A stretch of DNA of 63,680 nt, the filler included, from Asterionella formosa (Eukaryota), in NCBI GenBank assembly GCA_002256025.1. It is 19 parts of 19 records of this genome, joined end to end, with 100 filler letters (N's around TTAATTAATTAA, not from the genome) between each part and the next. Parts side by side here need not be neighbours in the genome. Positions count along the whole stretch, not along the records: positions 20,427 to 40,739 come from NKIB01003406.1; 18 more parts are not named here. One strand, written 5' to 3'. Below the pieces are notes generated by a model that saw only the letters and a list, made by a program, of their open reading frames with translations, did not search any database and was not told the origin of the DNA. A program made the translations under genes and the position numbers. Positions 22,095-34,184 of this stretch are shown here, piece by piece (within the stretch, counting starts at the first letter, position 1; every line of letters begins with the position of its first letter).

Positions 22095-23471
22095 TACAAC
22101 CATTGCTCGACTTAGGGATAGTATGATCTATATACAGATATGGCAAGGACCTCATTTCTTGAGAGAAGTGTCAGTTATCACCCTAGGAATCGTAACTATC
22201 CCAAAAAAGGGGCGGGGCTTCAAAGCTTTTAAAAAATCTACGGGGAATATAACTGCCAATTCTCTGCAGAAGTTAACTCCTGACGACATTATAGGGTACA
22301 CATCGATCTTTTTTATTCTTCGTGAACCCCCGTAGATGTAGAGCAATCATACTCCAAAAAGTCGATCCAATCGGCTTTTTCAACAGTTGCCAAAACATTG
22401 GAATCTGAATTTTTATGTGCAAAATTGTTCTCGTAGACTTAGAGTCTTGCATAGGCTAGTTTTGCTGAATAATTCTCTGTCCGAAAAGACTGCAGCGGAA
22501 GTTCCCATGTCACTAGTACACATACTCTGATTGGTTGAATTGAATTTACTCACCTGCTCCAGATTTGCTGAAGTATCCCGGTCTTGTAAAATTATGCCAG
22601 CCACACTTGAACCACATGTATTAGATATATTGCATACTGGTATGTAAAGTCAGTAGTAAATTCATCCTGTCTCCATCATCATGAACCAAGACAATGTACC
22701 AGGAAGCTACAATACCGGTACTCGTGCAGCACTGATTTGTACACCGGTATATGCCTTTGCGCGTAGCGTAGTATTGAAACTGCATCAAGCAATGTAGATT
22801 CAATATAAACGTATAAATGACATAATTTCTTTTGTTTGAACAAGAACCATGCACATACATTTTGGCATACTCCTGATTTATATATTTGTTTTGGAGTGGA
22901 GCAAAATCATGGCTGCATACACCAACCTAGATATAAAAAATAAGCTTGAAAATCATTTTTTTCTGTTTAAAAATTGAATCACAAGACTGATTCTGTTTCC
23001 TATATTTTGGAGACCATTGAAATGGCCAATATTGTCGAATTTTTGAACAAGATAACTCAACGTTGGCAGTGCTTGAAGAACAGTTAAGCACATAGGTAAT
23101 CTTCACGTAGCCCCAGAAGTTAACTTTTGGCAAGAAAGTGCAGAAAGGAACTTCAGTTTTTTAAATAGGCTAAATAAACGAGTTGGCCCAGTAAAATCCA
23201 CTATTCTTTTCAGCATAGTTTAAAAAACCGAAAGACCTTTCTGCACTTTCTTGACAGATCCTTTGAATACATCCTGATGATATTTAGCATGGACCTATAC
23301 CCCTACTTTGTCAGAAGACTGTATCTAAGCGTATGGAAAGGGTGTACATTGGAGAAAGCTCCGTTTAGTGATATACATTAACATTTTAGTCGTAAGAAGT
23401 ATGTGTTTGACTACTCTGACTTAATATTATTTTAAACCCTACCTCTAATCTAGGGTTGAAATGCAGGAACC
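22095..23471. mobile_element. Chimeric TTAA-family relic: inverted family B interior (22095-22925) joined to family A right end (~22960-23471)
   Basis: 22095-22925 is the reverse complement of ~3420-4260. 22970-23471 is colinear with ~8410-8937 and ends AAATGCAGGAACC, with no intact TTAA after it. Confidence 0.85.
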
Positions 23472-23720
23472 ATACTAAAAGTATACCGGCATCCAGCATA
23501 CATATGGTTTTATTGAGTGGCCTCATCAAAAAACGCGGGGAACCTTCGAAAATAAGTTGATTGAAGCCCGAAGAGAACTGGAAAAGTTTGATGATGGTCA
23601 TTGGTTGCATGAGGATTTGTTATGATAAATTTGATCAGCAAAATCATTACTGTACAGACAAGCAAGGGTCATTTTGAAAATATCGGACGGCGAAGGAGAT
23701 TACCAAAAATCGATCGCTTA

Positions 23721-24648
23721 GGGTCGTTCTTATCATTCCGAATTTGCTGTATCATTTCCGGGTTGTGGGCAAAAAATGACGGTTGGTATCAAAACACGGT
23801 ATCAGCAACGGTAACTTGATGGTATCAATTTTGTATCATTGATCATTGATACAAAATTGATACCTTTTTGCCCCCTCCAAAAACGGTATCAGTGATACTG
23901 ACGTTTTCACGCGGGTATCATTTCCGTTGTCACTGATAAAATAACCGAAAATACGCCTGCAGGGCAGAACTTTTATTGACATCTATTTAATATATACAAA
24001 AATAATTATGGTGTGCATCAAAGAAGCACAATACAATCATTATAGCGGCCGTGTGTGGTAATGTTCAGCCACAACACCAAAGAACGAAAACCACTGAGTA
24101 GAGAATTGAACAGATTGAGTCATGTGCATAGAGACACACCCGCTATCTAATTAGAGGAACCTGGTACCCTGGTACCTGGTCCGGGAATTCATGACAAGGT
24201 ACTAGGCAATAGAATACGAAAATGATCACGTGACTACGACATATACTGGCTGTGCAAATACTTTGGCTTTGGCTGTCACTACCGGTACCGGTACATTCTA
24301 CTATGACTCGTCCAGCACGTACAAGGCAACAGAATACGAAAATGATCACATGATTACAACAAATACATGTGCACATACAATTGACTATAGTAGTCCATAT
24401 ACATAATTCGCGTAGATTTCTTGCATGGTTTGAGGACTGGTTTGGTATCATTATGTACCGGTAGTCAGGAAGGAAAAGCACATGTTTGTAGCCAGCCCCG
24501 TAACCGTTGAATTTTCGTGATTCTTTTTGGTGATACAATTTTATTTTTATTTTTGTGGAGAATGGATTTTTTCGTTTAAATCGAGTATCCGTTACATGAT
24601 ACTTTTAAAAAAAAAATGATACCAAATCAAAAATGATAAGAACGACCC
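23721..24648. mobile_element. PIF/Harbinger (Tourist-like) MITE, 928 bp
   Basis: TTA|GGGTCGTTCTTATCATT ... AATGATAAGAACGACCC|TTA: perfect 17-bp TIR and 3-bp TTA TSD. The first ~240 bp match 27906-28140. Many subterminal GTATCA/TGATAC motifs. Confidence 0.95.
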
Positions 24649-24849
24649 TTAGAGGACATATATACCGGTATGACAAGGAAATAGCCATCTATCTGTAAAA
24701 AAACGGTCCTACATACAAAAGGTTGCTCTCCACAGACCTGGTAGTACCGGTACCGGTAGTTGATTTTCGGGTATTCGGTATGATATAAATAAATTTTGCA
24801 TCATCAATTACATCAGGGGCATATGTTGCTTTACCGCAGACTCCAGGTA

Positions 24850-24945
24850 CCAGCAAGTTGCGGTCATTTTGCTTTAATAAACAATTTAATATAGGATAAA
24901 GAAAGCTACATATTTAGATTCAGCAAAATTGTCGCAACTTGCAGC
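24850..24945. mobile_element. Mini-MITE of the TA-targeting CCWG-end family
   Basis: TA|CCAGCAAGTTGCGGTCATTTTGCT...AGCAAAATTGTCGCAACTTGCAGC. Confidence 0.85.
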
Positions 24946-25516
24946 CAACTGGTAGAAGTAGCTGGTTACCTGGTAGACTATAAATATGGCAGTAGGTGAT
25001 ACATAGACAAATCAAGATAGAAGGTGTTGGTAATTTGGTGTATGAATACGTAGGATTATACATGTTCTTCACATGTGCATGATGGGAACAGCGGCACATG
25101 TCATGATGAATTCGTACGAAATAAGGCAGGGCGAAGAAGACGAGTCATCATGATGTTGGATGCTATGGACATAACGGCACCAAAAATCGGTACATGCTTG
25201 ATGGTTCTCAAAATTCCTCGGTAGGATGGTGAGCAAGGGGTGTTCGAACAATCGCTGTCCTGGAAGACAGAAGGAAATATATCATCAATGTTGTGGTCAA
25301 AGTTTTGGACCACTCCACAAATTTTGCGATGAAGTAAGAATTGGACCAGATTAGGATTCGGGAGTTAGTATTCCTAGCTAGCTATCAATCCTGGACCATA
25401 GAGTCTGAGTTAAACAAGGGACCTACTACACACGTCTTTGAAATACGTTGCAAGAATTGCACATGGGCATCATAGACGTCGTTGATAATATGGGAAGAAA
25501 TATTTATTTGTTAGTT

Positions 25517-26344
25517 TCAAGAAGAGCTATGACGTTCCATGTGCGAAACCTGCTTCTTGACAATAGATCGAAGTTTTTTCCTTGACCTTGATGACAAGCG
25601 CATGGTTTTGCTGTGTGATCTCTTCAAACCCATTTTACGATCCCAGTCATGAATTGCCTGCTGGCTGCCCTGCGATTTCTCCATAGAAGATTCAAATAAA
25701 ACAAACTGTTGGCGTACACATTCTGCTGGGTTTATCTCCTTGAACTCAGTTTGATTAAGGACATCGTCGTACACATCGACAGTATAGATGCCATAGTCAT
25801 CGTCATCTGAATCGTCGAAATCCCCGTTTGGTCGCACATCTGCTGCCTCTGCTTCCATGATTTCCGCCTGCTTGACAACGTCCATCGACGCTGGTCGATC
25901 TTCTTGTTTGTCAAACAAATACTGAAGGAATACAAGGGTACTTCTCCTCCGCTTGATTCTTTTGGTATTATCGTCCGCATCGATCTTTCGGGTTTTTTGA
26001 TCACCCTCTCCGTTTCCTAAGGGCATAAAATCGGAGTCGATCTTGTTGGGCTCAAAGTCCGGGAGTATGTACATATCACTACCTATGCCAATGGACGTGC
26101 GACGCGAACAGAGTACTTGTTCACTTCGATTGCTCACTTCCCCGATGGAGACGTTGGTAGCGTTATGTATCAAGTCATTGCTGAAGTCCGTGTTTGAGTA
26201 ACAGCTAGCATATGGTTTCTCTTGTAGGACATCATTTCCCTTCTCAAGGTTTAGCATGCGCAATAATTGGCGTTGAGAGGAAAGGAGAGATTGGAAGGCC
26301 ATATCGTCCTGTATAGCGAGTGGAGCCATGGCTCTTGATCTCAT
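25517..26344 (-). CDS. Hypothetical protein, 275 aa, with RRxS motifs and a basic C-terminal helix (diatom-like orphan family)
   Basis: Single long ORF with gene-like composition. RRTSIG, KRRRSTL, an acidic stretch, then SMEKSQGSQQAIHDWDRKMGLKRSHSKTMRLSSRSRKKL. Confidence 0.85.
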   Translation of the reverse strand: MRSRAMAPLAIQDDMAFQSLLSSQRQLLRMLNLEKGNDVLQEKPYASCYSNTDFSNDLIHNATNVSIGEVSNRSEQVLCSRRTSIGIGSDMYILPDFEPNKIDSDFMPLGNGEGDQKTRKIDADDNTKRIKRRRSTLVFLQYLFDKQEDRPASMDVVKQAEIMEAEAADVRPNGDFDDSDDDDYGIYTVDVYDDVLNQTEFKEINPAECVRQQFVLFESSMEKSQGSQQAIHDWDRKMGLKRSHSKTMRLSSRSRKKLRSIVKKQVSHMERHSSS

Positions 26345-27318
26345 TGAAAAAGAAAAAAACTACAACGAAGTGTCAGCGCGATTTGGATATTTTATGGTTC
26401 GCAACTCCGAGGTGCTTAGCAATAACACATGACAAGTGCTTACCGTGGACAACACCAGTCGGTTCCTCGGGCGGTTGCTTCTTACGATTGCGAAGACTGC
26501 TTAAAGTGTATTTGCTGATATGAAGCAAGTGGCGAGCGTCAAAATGGTCGGCGAGAGTTTGGTTCTGTTGGAATATATATGCTTGAGGAGAGTGTCACGT
26601 CAATTGGAAATGCTTGTTTTATGATGCCAGTCGGTGGGGTGAAAATGTTTTTGACTGAAGTCGAAATGTGCTTTTGTCACAAATGACTTAAACACAGACT
26701 GTCGTTCATTATGGAGCTAGGGAGACTTATTTGATTAAGTTCTCGAATCTCGTTGAGCCTTATAAACTGCGACATCTCCTCCAAATGGTCGCAACTGGCT
26801 CTATCATCCGACGAATTTAAAAACCGGGATAAATAGGTATTCTACCTGGTACCGGTACCGATATATGACTGAATGAACATAAACGATGAACAAACTCCGG
26901 TCTTTATCAACCGACGAATTAAAATACACAGAGCTGAAGAAACTCCGGTCTTTTGTTTGCGATGCCACAAAACCGTTTGTTGATACCGGTAGTCGTGGAA
27001 ATTGAAAGAAATTAACAGGACCAAGTAAACAATGCCTCGGTCTTTTTCAAATGTAGGTTGGGTAGATCTTAGTAGATTCATATGTCTCTAGCTAAGAAAA
27101 GTTGAATGTTCGTATATATTAATCATACGGAAAGATTGGGACCGAAAAAGGACTTCGTTACGATTCAGTGACATTATCAGAAGATATTTAACAATACTAA
27201 TGCTTGTGGAATTCTACGTCGCGTTTGTCAGGAGAGCATACGTATTCGTTTTAAATTTTTCAGAATGTTAAACCACCTTTGACGACTTTATGTTTCTTGA
27301 TAATGTACTCATATAAAT

Positions 27319-27500
27319 TAAATGCCGCTCCTCGTACGTTCTTGTATGCAGTCATTGTTCACAGTCATAATGCTTCTTGGTAACTACCAAATGTCGCTCT
27401 CCGTCCGTTCTTGTATGCAGTCATTGTTGAAGGTCATGAGGTTTCTTGATCACTACCAAATACCGCTCCATCCGTTCTTGGATGCAGTCATTGTACACAG
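27319..27500. repeat. Tandem repeat, ~66-68-bp unit, about 3 copies
   Basis: AAATRYCGCTC...CGTTCTTGKATGCAGTCATTGT recurs at ~27320, ~27389 and ~27458. Confidence 0.85.
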
Positions 27501-27532
27501 CCCTGTCAGCTTCTACATCTGCAGGAGTCGAT

Positions 27533-27640
27533 CCTGGTGCCAGGGAAAGGTACCTGGTACCAGGGTACCCTGGTGCCAGGGAAAGGTACCAGGGTACCAG
27601 GGTACCCTGGGACCATGGTACCCTACTGGTACGACCCCAG
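27533..27640. repeat. GGTACC/CCWGG-rich quasi-palindromic array
   Basis: CCTGGTGCCAGGGAAAGGTACC twice, plus runs of GGTACCAG/GGTACCCT. Similar arrays at ~1885-2120, 3630-3657, 17924-17965, 24160-24182, 53856-53900, 57400-57475 and 62878-63030. Confidence 0.85.
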
Positions 27641-28357
27641 GAAATCCGGTAAATGCCAGGATTTCTTCGATAATACATACCATCGGTATCGTCAGCATCC
27701 GATATGAATTCTTCAATTCTTTTTTGCATAGGATGATTATAGTCATTCTATGATTAACAAACGCAGCATCCTGGAGATACATTTGACCAATACGTACGTA
27801 GGTATGTACTGGAACTTGCAACATTGGATTTAACTGCTACCAGGTACCAGAAGGTATATCCAACAGGGTATGAAATAAATTTTATGATCATACAATATTA
27901 CCTTCGGGTCGTTCTTATCATTCCGAATTTGCTATATCATTTCTGGGTTGTGGGCAAAAAGTGACGGTTGGTATCAAAACACAGTATCAGCAACTGTAAC
28001 TTGATGGTATCAATTTTGCATCATTGATACAAAATTGATGCTCTTTCCTTGCCCCCTCCAAAAACAGTATCAGTGATAGTGACGTTTTCATGTGGGTATC
28101 ATTTCCGTTGTCACTAATAAAATAACCAAAAATAAGCCTGCTTGCACCACTATATTAATGGCATATACTATTCCTTCAATTTTATGCTGGCTGTGTACAT
28201 CCAAGCAACACCATTGATACAATTATATGGCACCAGACAGAAACTTATACTTGCCACTTACTTATATTGGCCATCTTATAACTCCCAAGTGTTTTTGTGT
28301 ATTTTTTACGACAGATCAGTCATTCGAATCTCCCTGAAGATTATACAAGCAAGGCAA

Positions 28358-29940
28358 ATGGAACTGCATATGGAACCAGTCACACAAACGCAGACAAAAA
28401 CTGTTGATGTGGAGACCACTGTATATCAAGATTGACCCACCACCTTCAACAATACAATGCAGTCTCTTGCTACAGATACTGAAGTCGATCAATTTGTTGA
28501 CTCCATCATACTTCCTGATGACTTTGTGCTTGATAGTGAAAGGACACAGATGATTTTCATCCAAGGTGATGCAATGAAGCAGATCTCAGTCAAGGTTCTC
28601 CAAAAAATTTGCGTCAGATACAAAGTTTCTGGATACAAAAATGCGAAGAAGGCTTTCACTGTTGCTTTGATTGTTCGACTTTTGAAGAGAGACAGCTTGT
28701 CACAGAGGATATACCCTAGATCTTTCAATGTTAATGAATCAGACATTGAATTGGATAGTGATAATGATAATCACAAACATGCAAACATGGTTTAATTAAT
28801 GATGAGGAATTCAAGTCGATGAAGATTGCAAAGATGATAATGATGAAAGGAACGACAAAGTTCAAGAGGCAACAGCAGTGCAGCCACATGAGTCTTTGGT
28901 TGATCCTCAGTTTGAACAAGAGGAATTGAACCATCCTGTAAAAGAAGCGAAAAAGATTAGGCACAGGCAGAGTCAAAACCTCCAGATGCTGTGACCTGCA
29001 GCAAAACATTTCAGTGTCATTTATGTCTACATGTGCAACAAGCATCGCAGTGATGTTTTGTGTCTAGGTCAGCCACCAACTCTGGCTGAACTTGATGCAA
29101 GAAGATTTCGACACAAGTTCATTTTCGATCGATTTGTTGTCACATATTTTGATGATGAGCATTACCACTGCACCATTCTAACATTTCCCAAAGATGAATA
29201 CTGGGACCAAGTTGGAATTGATGCTGACAACGCAAAAAATATGATGTCCTCACTTCCAAAGACTTTTCATTGGTAATGGGATACATTAATCACCATTATC
29301 AAGTTGCCTATCAAAAAAAACAATCAGGCAGTCATGATCATTTTGTCAACTTTGTTGGGTCATGTCATTTCCTATATTACTACCATCTTTGGTTGTGTCA
29401 AGTTCCGCATCTATTGAATTTTGCTGTACCACTGTTACCAAATTATGCCTGCCGTGAGGTCATAGACATTGATGATACTGCCACCACATTGTCATCAAAA
29501 TCAAAGTCTATAGACATTGATGATTTGACTGCCACCAAATTGTCATCAAAATGGAAATCTTCAAGTAATTTCAGTGTTAGAAAGAAGGGAAGACGTGCAA
29601 TTTTGACGCAAAAACCTACATCATTTTCTCAAAAACTTGCAAGTGCATTGGATTTGAGAAGTCAAATGTTGCAAAACTTAGAATGATAGAGTCTATAACT
29701 GCACCACGCAGAGAAAATGATCTACTGGATGTCTTGGATAAGTATAAGATCCGACTAAGAGTTGCGCGGGAAGAACTGGAAGAACTCGAAAATAAAGATT
29801 ATGACTCTTCAAGTTCTGATGTTTTCCAAGCTCGTTTAGAAATTGCATTGTGTAAAAGAAAGCGTGATCAGGTCTTCAATCTCTTGTATCAAGGTGACAC
29901 ATTGCTTGAAATGAATAATTTTTTCAACAATCAATTATAA
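28358..29940 (+). pseudogene. Harbinger accessory (second) ORF, fragmented
   Basis: Chain of same-strand ORF pieces (28457-28795, 29031-29276, 29270-29686, 29683-29940) with LQKICVRYKVSGYKNAKK and LGQPPTLAELDAR. It lies between the TIRs and ends 1 nt from the transposase stop. Confidence 0.7.
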
Positions 29941-29941
29941 T

Positions 29942-30575
29942 CTACATAAAATTTAATTTATGTAATTCCAACCTTTTTCTTTCAATATTAGCTGGAGGTC
30001 TTTGCAAACCCATGTTAGCAATTTTTTCAAGAATAACATCTCGAATGACAGAACTACAAGGCAATACATCCAATTTCTCAACCGTTGGCAAATATCCCCA
30101 ACCAAGTGGAGAATTGTACACTGGGGTGATTTCAGCTAAAATCTTCTGGATGTCATCTGCCTCATTACTTCGTCCAGATAACCCAGAAATATCCATATCA
30201 ACTTTGTTTTTGTCTATGACATAATTGTGCAAACATGCACATACCTCAGGCACTTTTGCAGTTGTTTCCAAGCCAGTTGTTTAGTTTCTTTTTAGAACAG
30301 CGCATTTTTTCTTTAACAAACCAAATGCCATCTCTATCCTAATCCGTAGCTGGGAAAGAAAGAAACTATAGGCATCTTGTGTTTGGTCATCACGCTGAGA
30401 ACCAACAAATGGAACTAAGATGACATCTGACAATGTATATGCTGCATCACCAACAAAAAAGAAACCAGAATCAAATAATGCAGTTTTGTTGGGTAGATCA
30501 GTTCTCTCTACTAACGCAACTTGATCACTGCATCGTCCAGGAACAATCACCCCAAAAAATATAAATCTACTTCAT
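29942..30575 (-). pseudogene. PIF/Harbinger (HARBI1-like, DDE_Tnp_4) transposase, C-terminal half
   Basis: PGRCSD, FFVGDAAY, FFLSQLRIRIEMAFGLLKKK..L and CACLHNYVI. Disrupted at ~30281, and the N-terminal catalytic part is missing. Confidence 0.93.
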
Positions 30576-32729
30576 CAGTAATCAAAAAATTGATTACTGA
30601 TGACATCATTACCATCATCATCATTGCCATCGATGATATTCATGGCACCTTCAGTCCAATGTTGATCCACTTGTTCGCCGTTGTGCACTGACAATGATGA
30701 CATGCTGCTGATTGCTTGTAAACCTGAAAGGGGCGATGGCAAGCGGAAGTGTAAGAAGAAGTGTAAAGACGATCTTGCATGTCTGTGTTGACTCATGGCA
30801 AATCAAGAATTTAGCAGGTATGTCAGCTATATATTCTAAACTGGTACATTATACGCGTATTTTTCCTACATGGTTTTAGTACCGGAAAATTATCGAAATA
30901 GTTTGGAGGGACGAAGCCTGGAGGGATATGAACATGATTGTAGCCAGCCGCAATGATAAGAACGACCCTTAGATATCTGTGTCCAGCGGTATATGGTATC
31001 ATTGTGATAGCGTCAACAGGTGTCTTACATTTTGCTTGCTAGTTTATCAGAACTTACCACTCTTGTGTACCCCTACTCCTTGGACCATCACACCCCTGCA
31101 AAGGGCTCACCACCTACAGAGGCGCTTGTTGACCGAAAAAATCTTCGGCCATTGAAGAATGCTGCACAAGTAAAGTTGACTGTTGAACATTATTTGCAAA
31201 TCTGTATTGTGAATATGTCCGGAATGGCATCATGCTAAGCAAGTTACTCCTGGTGAGTACCTGGTACCATTACTGTGATTCTATTCTATTGCTGGTCCTG
31301 CCTGTACTGGTATACATAGCAGGTTCTTCCTAACTAAATAGGCTAATTTCAGTCTCTCTTTGAGGCTCAATTTGAAAACGTTATTGTTACTTTCCTTTAT
31401 CTTTAGAAACATCATTGGATAGCACTTTTCCTAGTCTATTAGACTGAAATAATCCTAGCAGGAAAGAATCCGATAGGCTTCGTACTACTAGCGTGCCACC
31501 GCCCCCATGATAATTCAGTCATGAACATGTACATAGATTTGTTTTGGCTGTTCCAAGGCGCCATGCGAAAACCTATCCAGCCACTTTGCCCACCTGCCCT
31601 ATTCATTTGGGGTGCTTGGGAGGCATCATGGGAGGATTCTAACTCTTCTCACCAATTCACTTTTTGGGAGTGGTCTTGAGGCGCCCCATCATCCTTGCCC
31701 CTATCATCTGGGCGAAGTAGTATGTGACTTTTACTCACTAAAAATCTGTGTGCAGCCTCAGCCTTGACCAGTACGCGGCTTGCCCTACACATTGGGGTAG
31801 ATGGATGGGATGTATAGTACATTGTAGTGATTCAGCCACTTTGTATTTTAGTATTGCTTGCCATGACATTGGGCTGGCTGCAGTACCAGGATTAATGTAT
31901 TTTTATCACTATGTATACAACAATTGCAATGGTAACCCAGGCTGGGTTACCATCGCATGCTCCTGAATGATGTGACATGAACAACATAATGCATTTACAA
32001 CACTAGATGTGTATACATATAACAATATGACGCATTAACAATATGTGTATACTACTGGTAAATAACTTTCGCTATGTGTAACCAAACATATTATTAGCAT
32101 GTGACCAAATACATTTTCTGATTGCTTAACCAGCTAAATTCTTCCACTTTATTGGATATATTGTTTATGCTCAGAACAGAGAAAATTTTTCTGTTCATCT
32201 AACATAAAAAATTAATAGTTCGAGCTAAATGTTGAGCTTAATGCATACAAAAATGTGTTTGATTGGACAAATTCTTAAACCTTAGATAGCAAACTTTTTG
32301 ATTGTGATCAAATAAATTTTCAAAGAATGATCACAAAAAAAAACTCACAAAATCATCACCTCATTTTGACGTTAACATGATGTGATCATCGATGATCTTA
32401 ATTTGACGCAAAGTATCGTTGTCCAAATGTTGAACAAGCAAGTTAGTAGCTACACACATATACATAAACAATATACGGGAACGAAAATGCTAAATAGATA
32501 CTCAACCAAAACATATATAATAAATCGTTATGTAGAAGCGATTGATTCAAACTTTGAATCGCACTGGCATGGCAGGTTGTGACAAGCAAGAAAGAGCGGG
32601 AGTGTAAATGATGGCGCAAAACATTATGGACCAAAAACTTTTATGTTTGGTCAATTAAAAACGTCGTACTACGATAATTTTGGGGCAGTCAATAATAGAG
32701 TAAAAGATTTAGGCCAAACACTTTTTATA

Positions 32730-33607
32730 CTCCCTCTGTCCAATATAAGTTGCATTGGTTTGCACTCACACTGGTGCCAAGCAGCTAATGTTTAGGACTG
32801 ATTCTGTAGAATAAATCATGTCGCAATAATGTTGGGGCAGTCAATAATGGCTAGAACAAAAGTTTTAGTTCTAAAACATTGTGTACTACCTCTTTCCAAT
32901 ATAAGTTGCATCAGTTTTCACTCACACTGGTGCAAAGCAGTTTTCGTTTAAATTAATTATTTAGAAACCCCATCATTTCTTAAATGAGGTCCATCTTACT
33001 CGAAAAAATTCGTTTCAGCATCTAGATGAATTTTTCAAAACCAATTGAAATTTATGTAGACTATTCATTGGGTAAATGGACATACTGCCAAATGCTGCTG
33101 TTTTACGGTGTCACAGTGACCAGTCCCCCATTTTTTGGGAAAGTAATGCAAATCTTCTTACTATCTTAATTATAGCATGCCCTGAGTGTGCAGTTCCATA
33201 AAGATTAATGCTGGTTTCATACATGAAACTTAGCTGCCAAGCATTTAACAGTTCTTCTTCCCCATCATCTCCTCCCCTCTTTTGAGGTTTCAGAAACCAT
33301 AAGCAATCCACCACAAGTTGACACTTTTGCAGTATTAGATCCTTTCTTATATGCTGTTGAGAAGAGTTGGTGGAAAAATATCCTCATTCATCTCCATTGT
33401 GCTCAAGGTGGCCAAATGAAATATTCAAAAACACTTTTTAAATGTAATTCCCAATTCTAAACTTTCTACTGCATATGTGGTATTATATACATGGATCTTT
33501 AGCTTAGAGCATGGCACACAATAGGGCAATTGAACTGAGGAAAATCATAGAGTCAAAATGTCCCTGGATAATTTGTCATTGATACAATTGTTATTGGACA
33601 GAGGGAG
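32730..33607. mobile_element. Stowaway-like (Tc1/mariner) MITE with duplicated left junction
   Basis: TA|CTCCCTCTGTCCAATA ... TATTGGACAGAGGGAG|AA. Flank plus left end (~32679-32785) is repeated at ~32832-32940. Confidence 0.85.
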
Positions 33608-34184
33608 AAGGCAGACTAAAATGGAACTTGATTTTGAGTCACAAGTATGTAGGGAGGCTCTTGATTTGGACCATGAATTCTCCTTGTAATTTCTCTCCAA
33701 TTTTCATCCAAATAAAAATATCATGGGCATCCACTTGATCAAACATGAATTCTGGTGGTAGTTATGAGATAAAATCTATGAAAGCATTTTAGTCATGAAA
33801 AATTAACTCCAATCCACAGCAAAATGGTATGATTTGCAACCATTTATCTTCCTACTAAGTACTTCTGCTTTTCTTTTTAATGTGTCGTTACTTTGCTTTG
33901 AGAGCCTGCAAACATTCATGAATGCAGAGATGAAACTCTGAGTGCAAAAGAGATTGACATTTTATGACACCCATGTCATGCTCCCGAATTCCAACCTCCT
34001 TTACTTTCCATTTTAGAGAGATGACATTTTTCTGGTGTCTGGTTCTTGGAGTAATATTTATACAAACAAGGCAGTGATCACTTACATTTAACAATTCCCG
34101 GATGGAATAAGGTGCCAGTCCAGTCTCCCAAATTTGTGGTTCGCCAAGTTAGGCTAAACCCCTCCTCAGTTTTCCAGATTTTGT

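Larger units (their letters stand above)
27906..30968. mobile_element. PIF/Harbinger DNA transposon, two-gene, internally deleted and decayed
   Basis: TIR GGGTCGTTCTTATCATT at 27906 and AATGATAAGAACGACCC ending at 30968, with flanks TTC/TTA. Contains a DDE transposase remnant and a convergent second gene. Confidence 0.92.

Noticed and set aside
27322..27824. Multiple overlapping VPGT/YQVP-type ORFs (also 24143-24538 and 57101-57706)
   Set aside because: They stay open because GGTACC arrays are poor in stop codons. No protein features.
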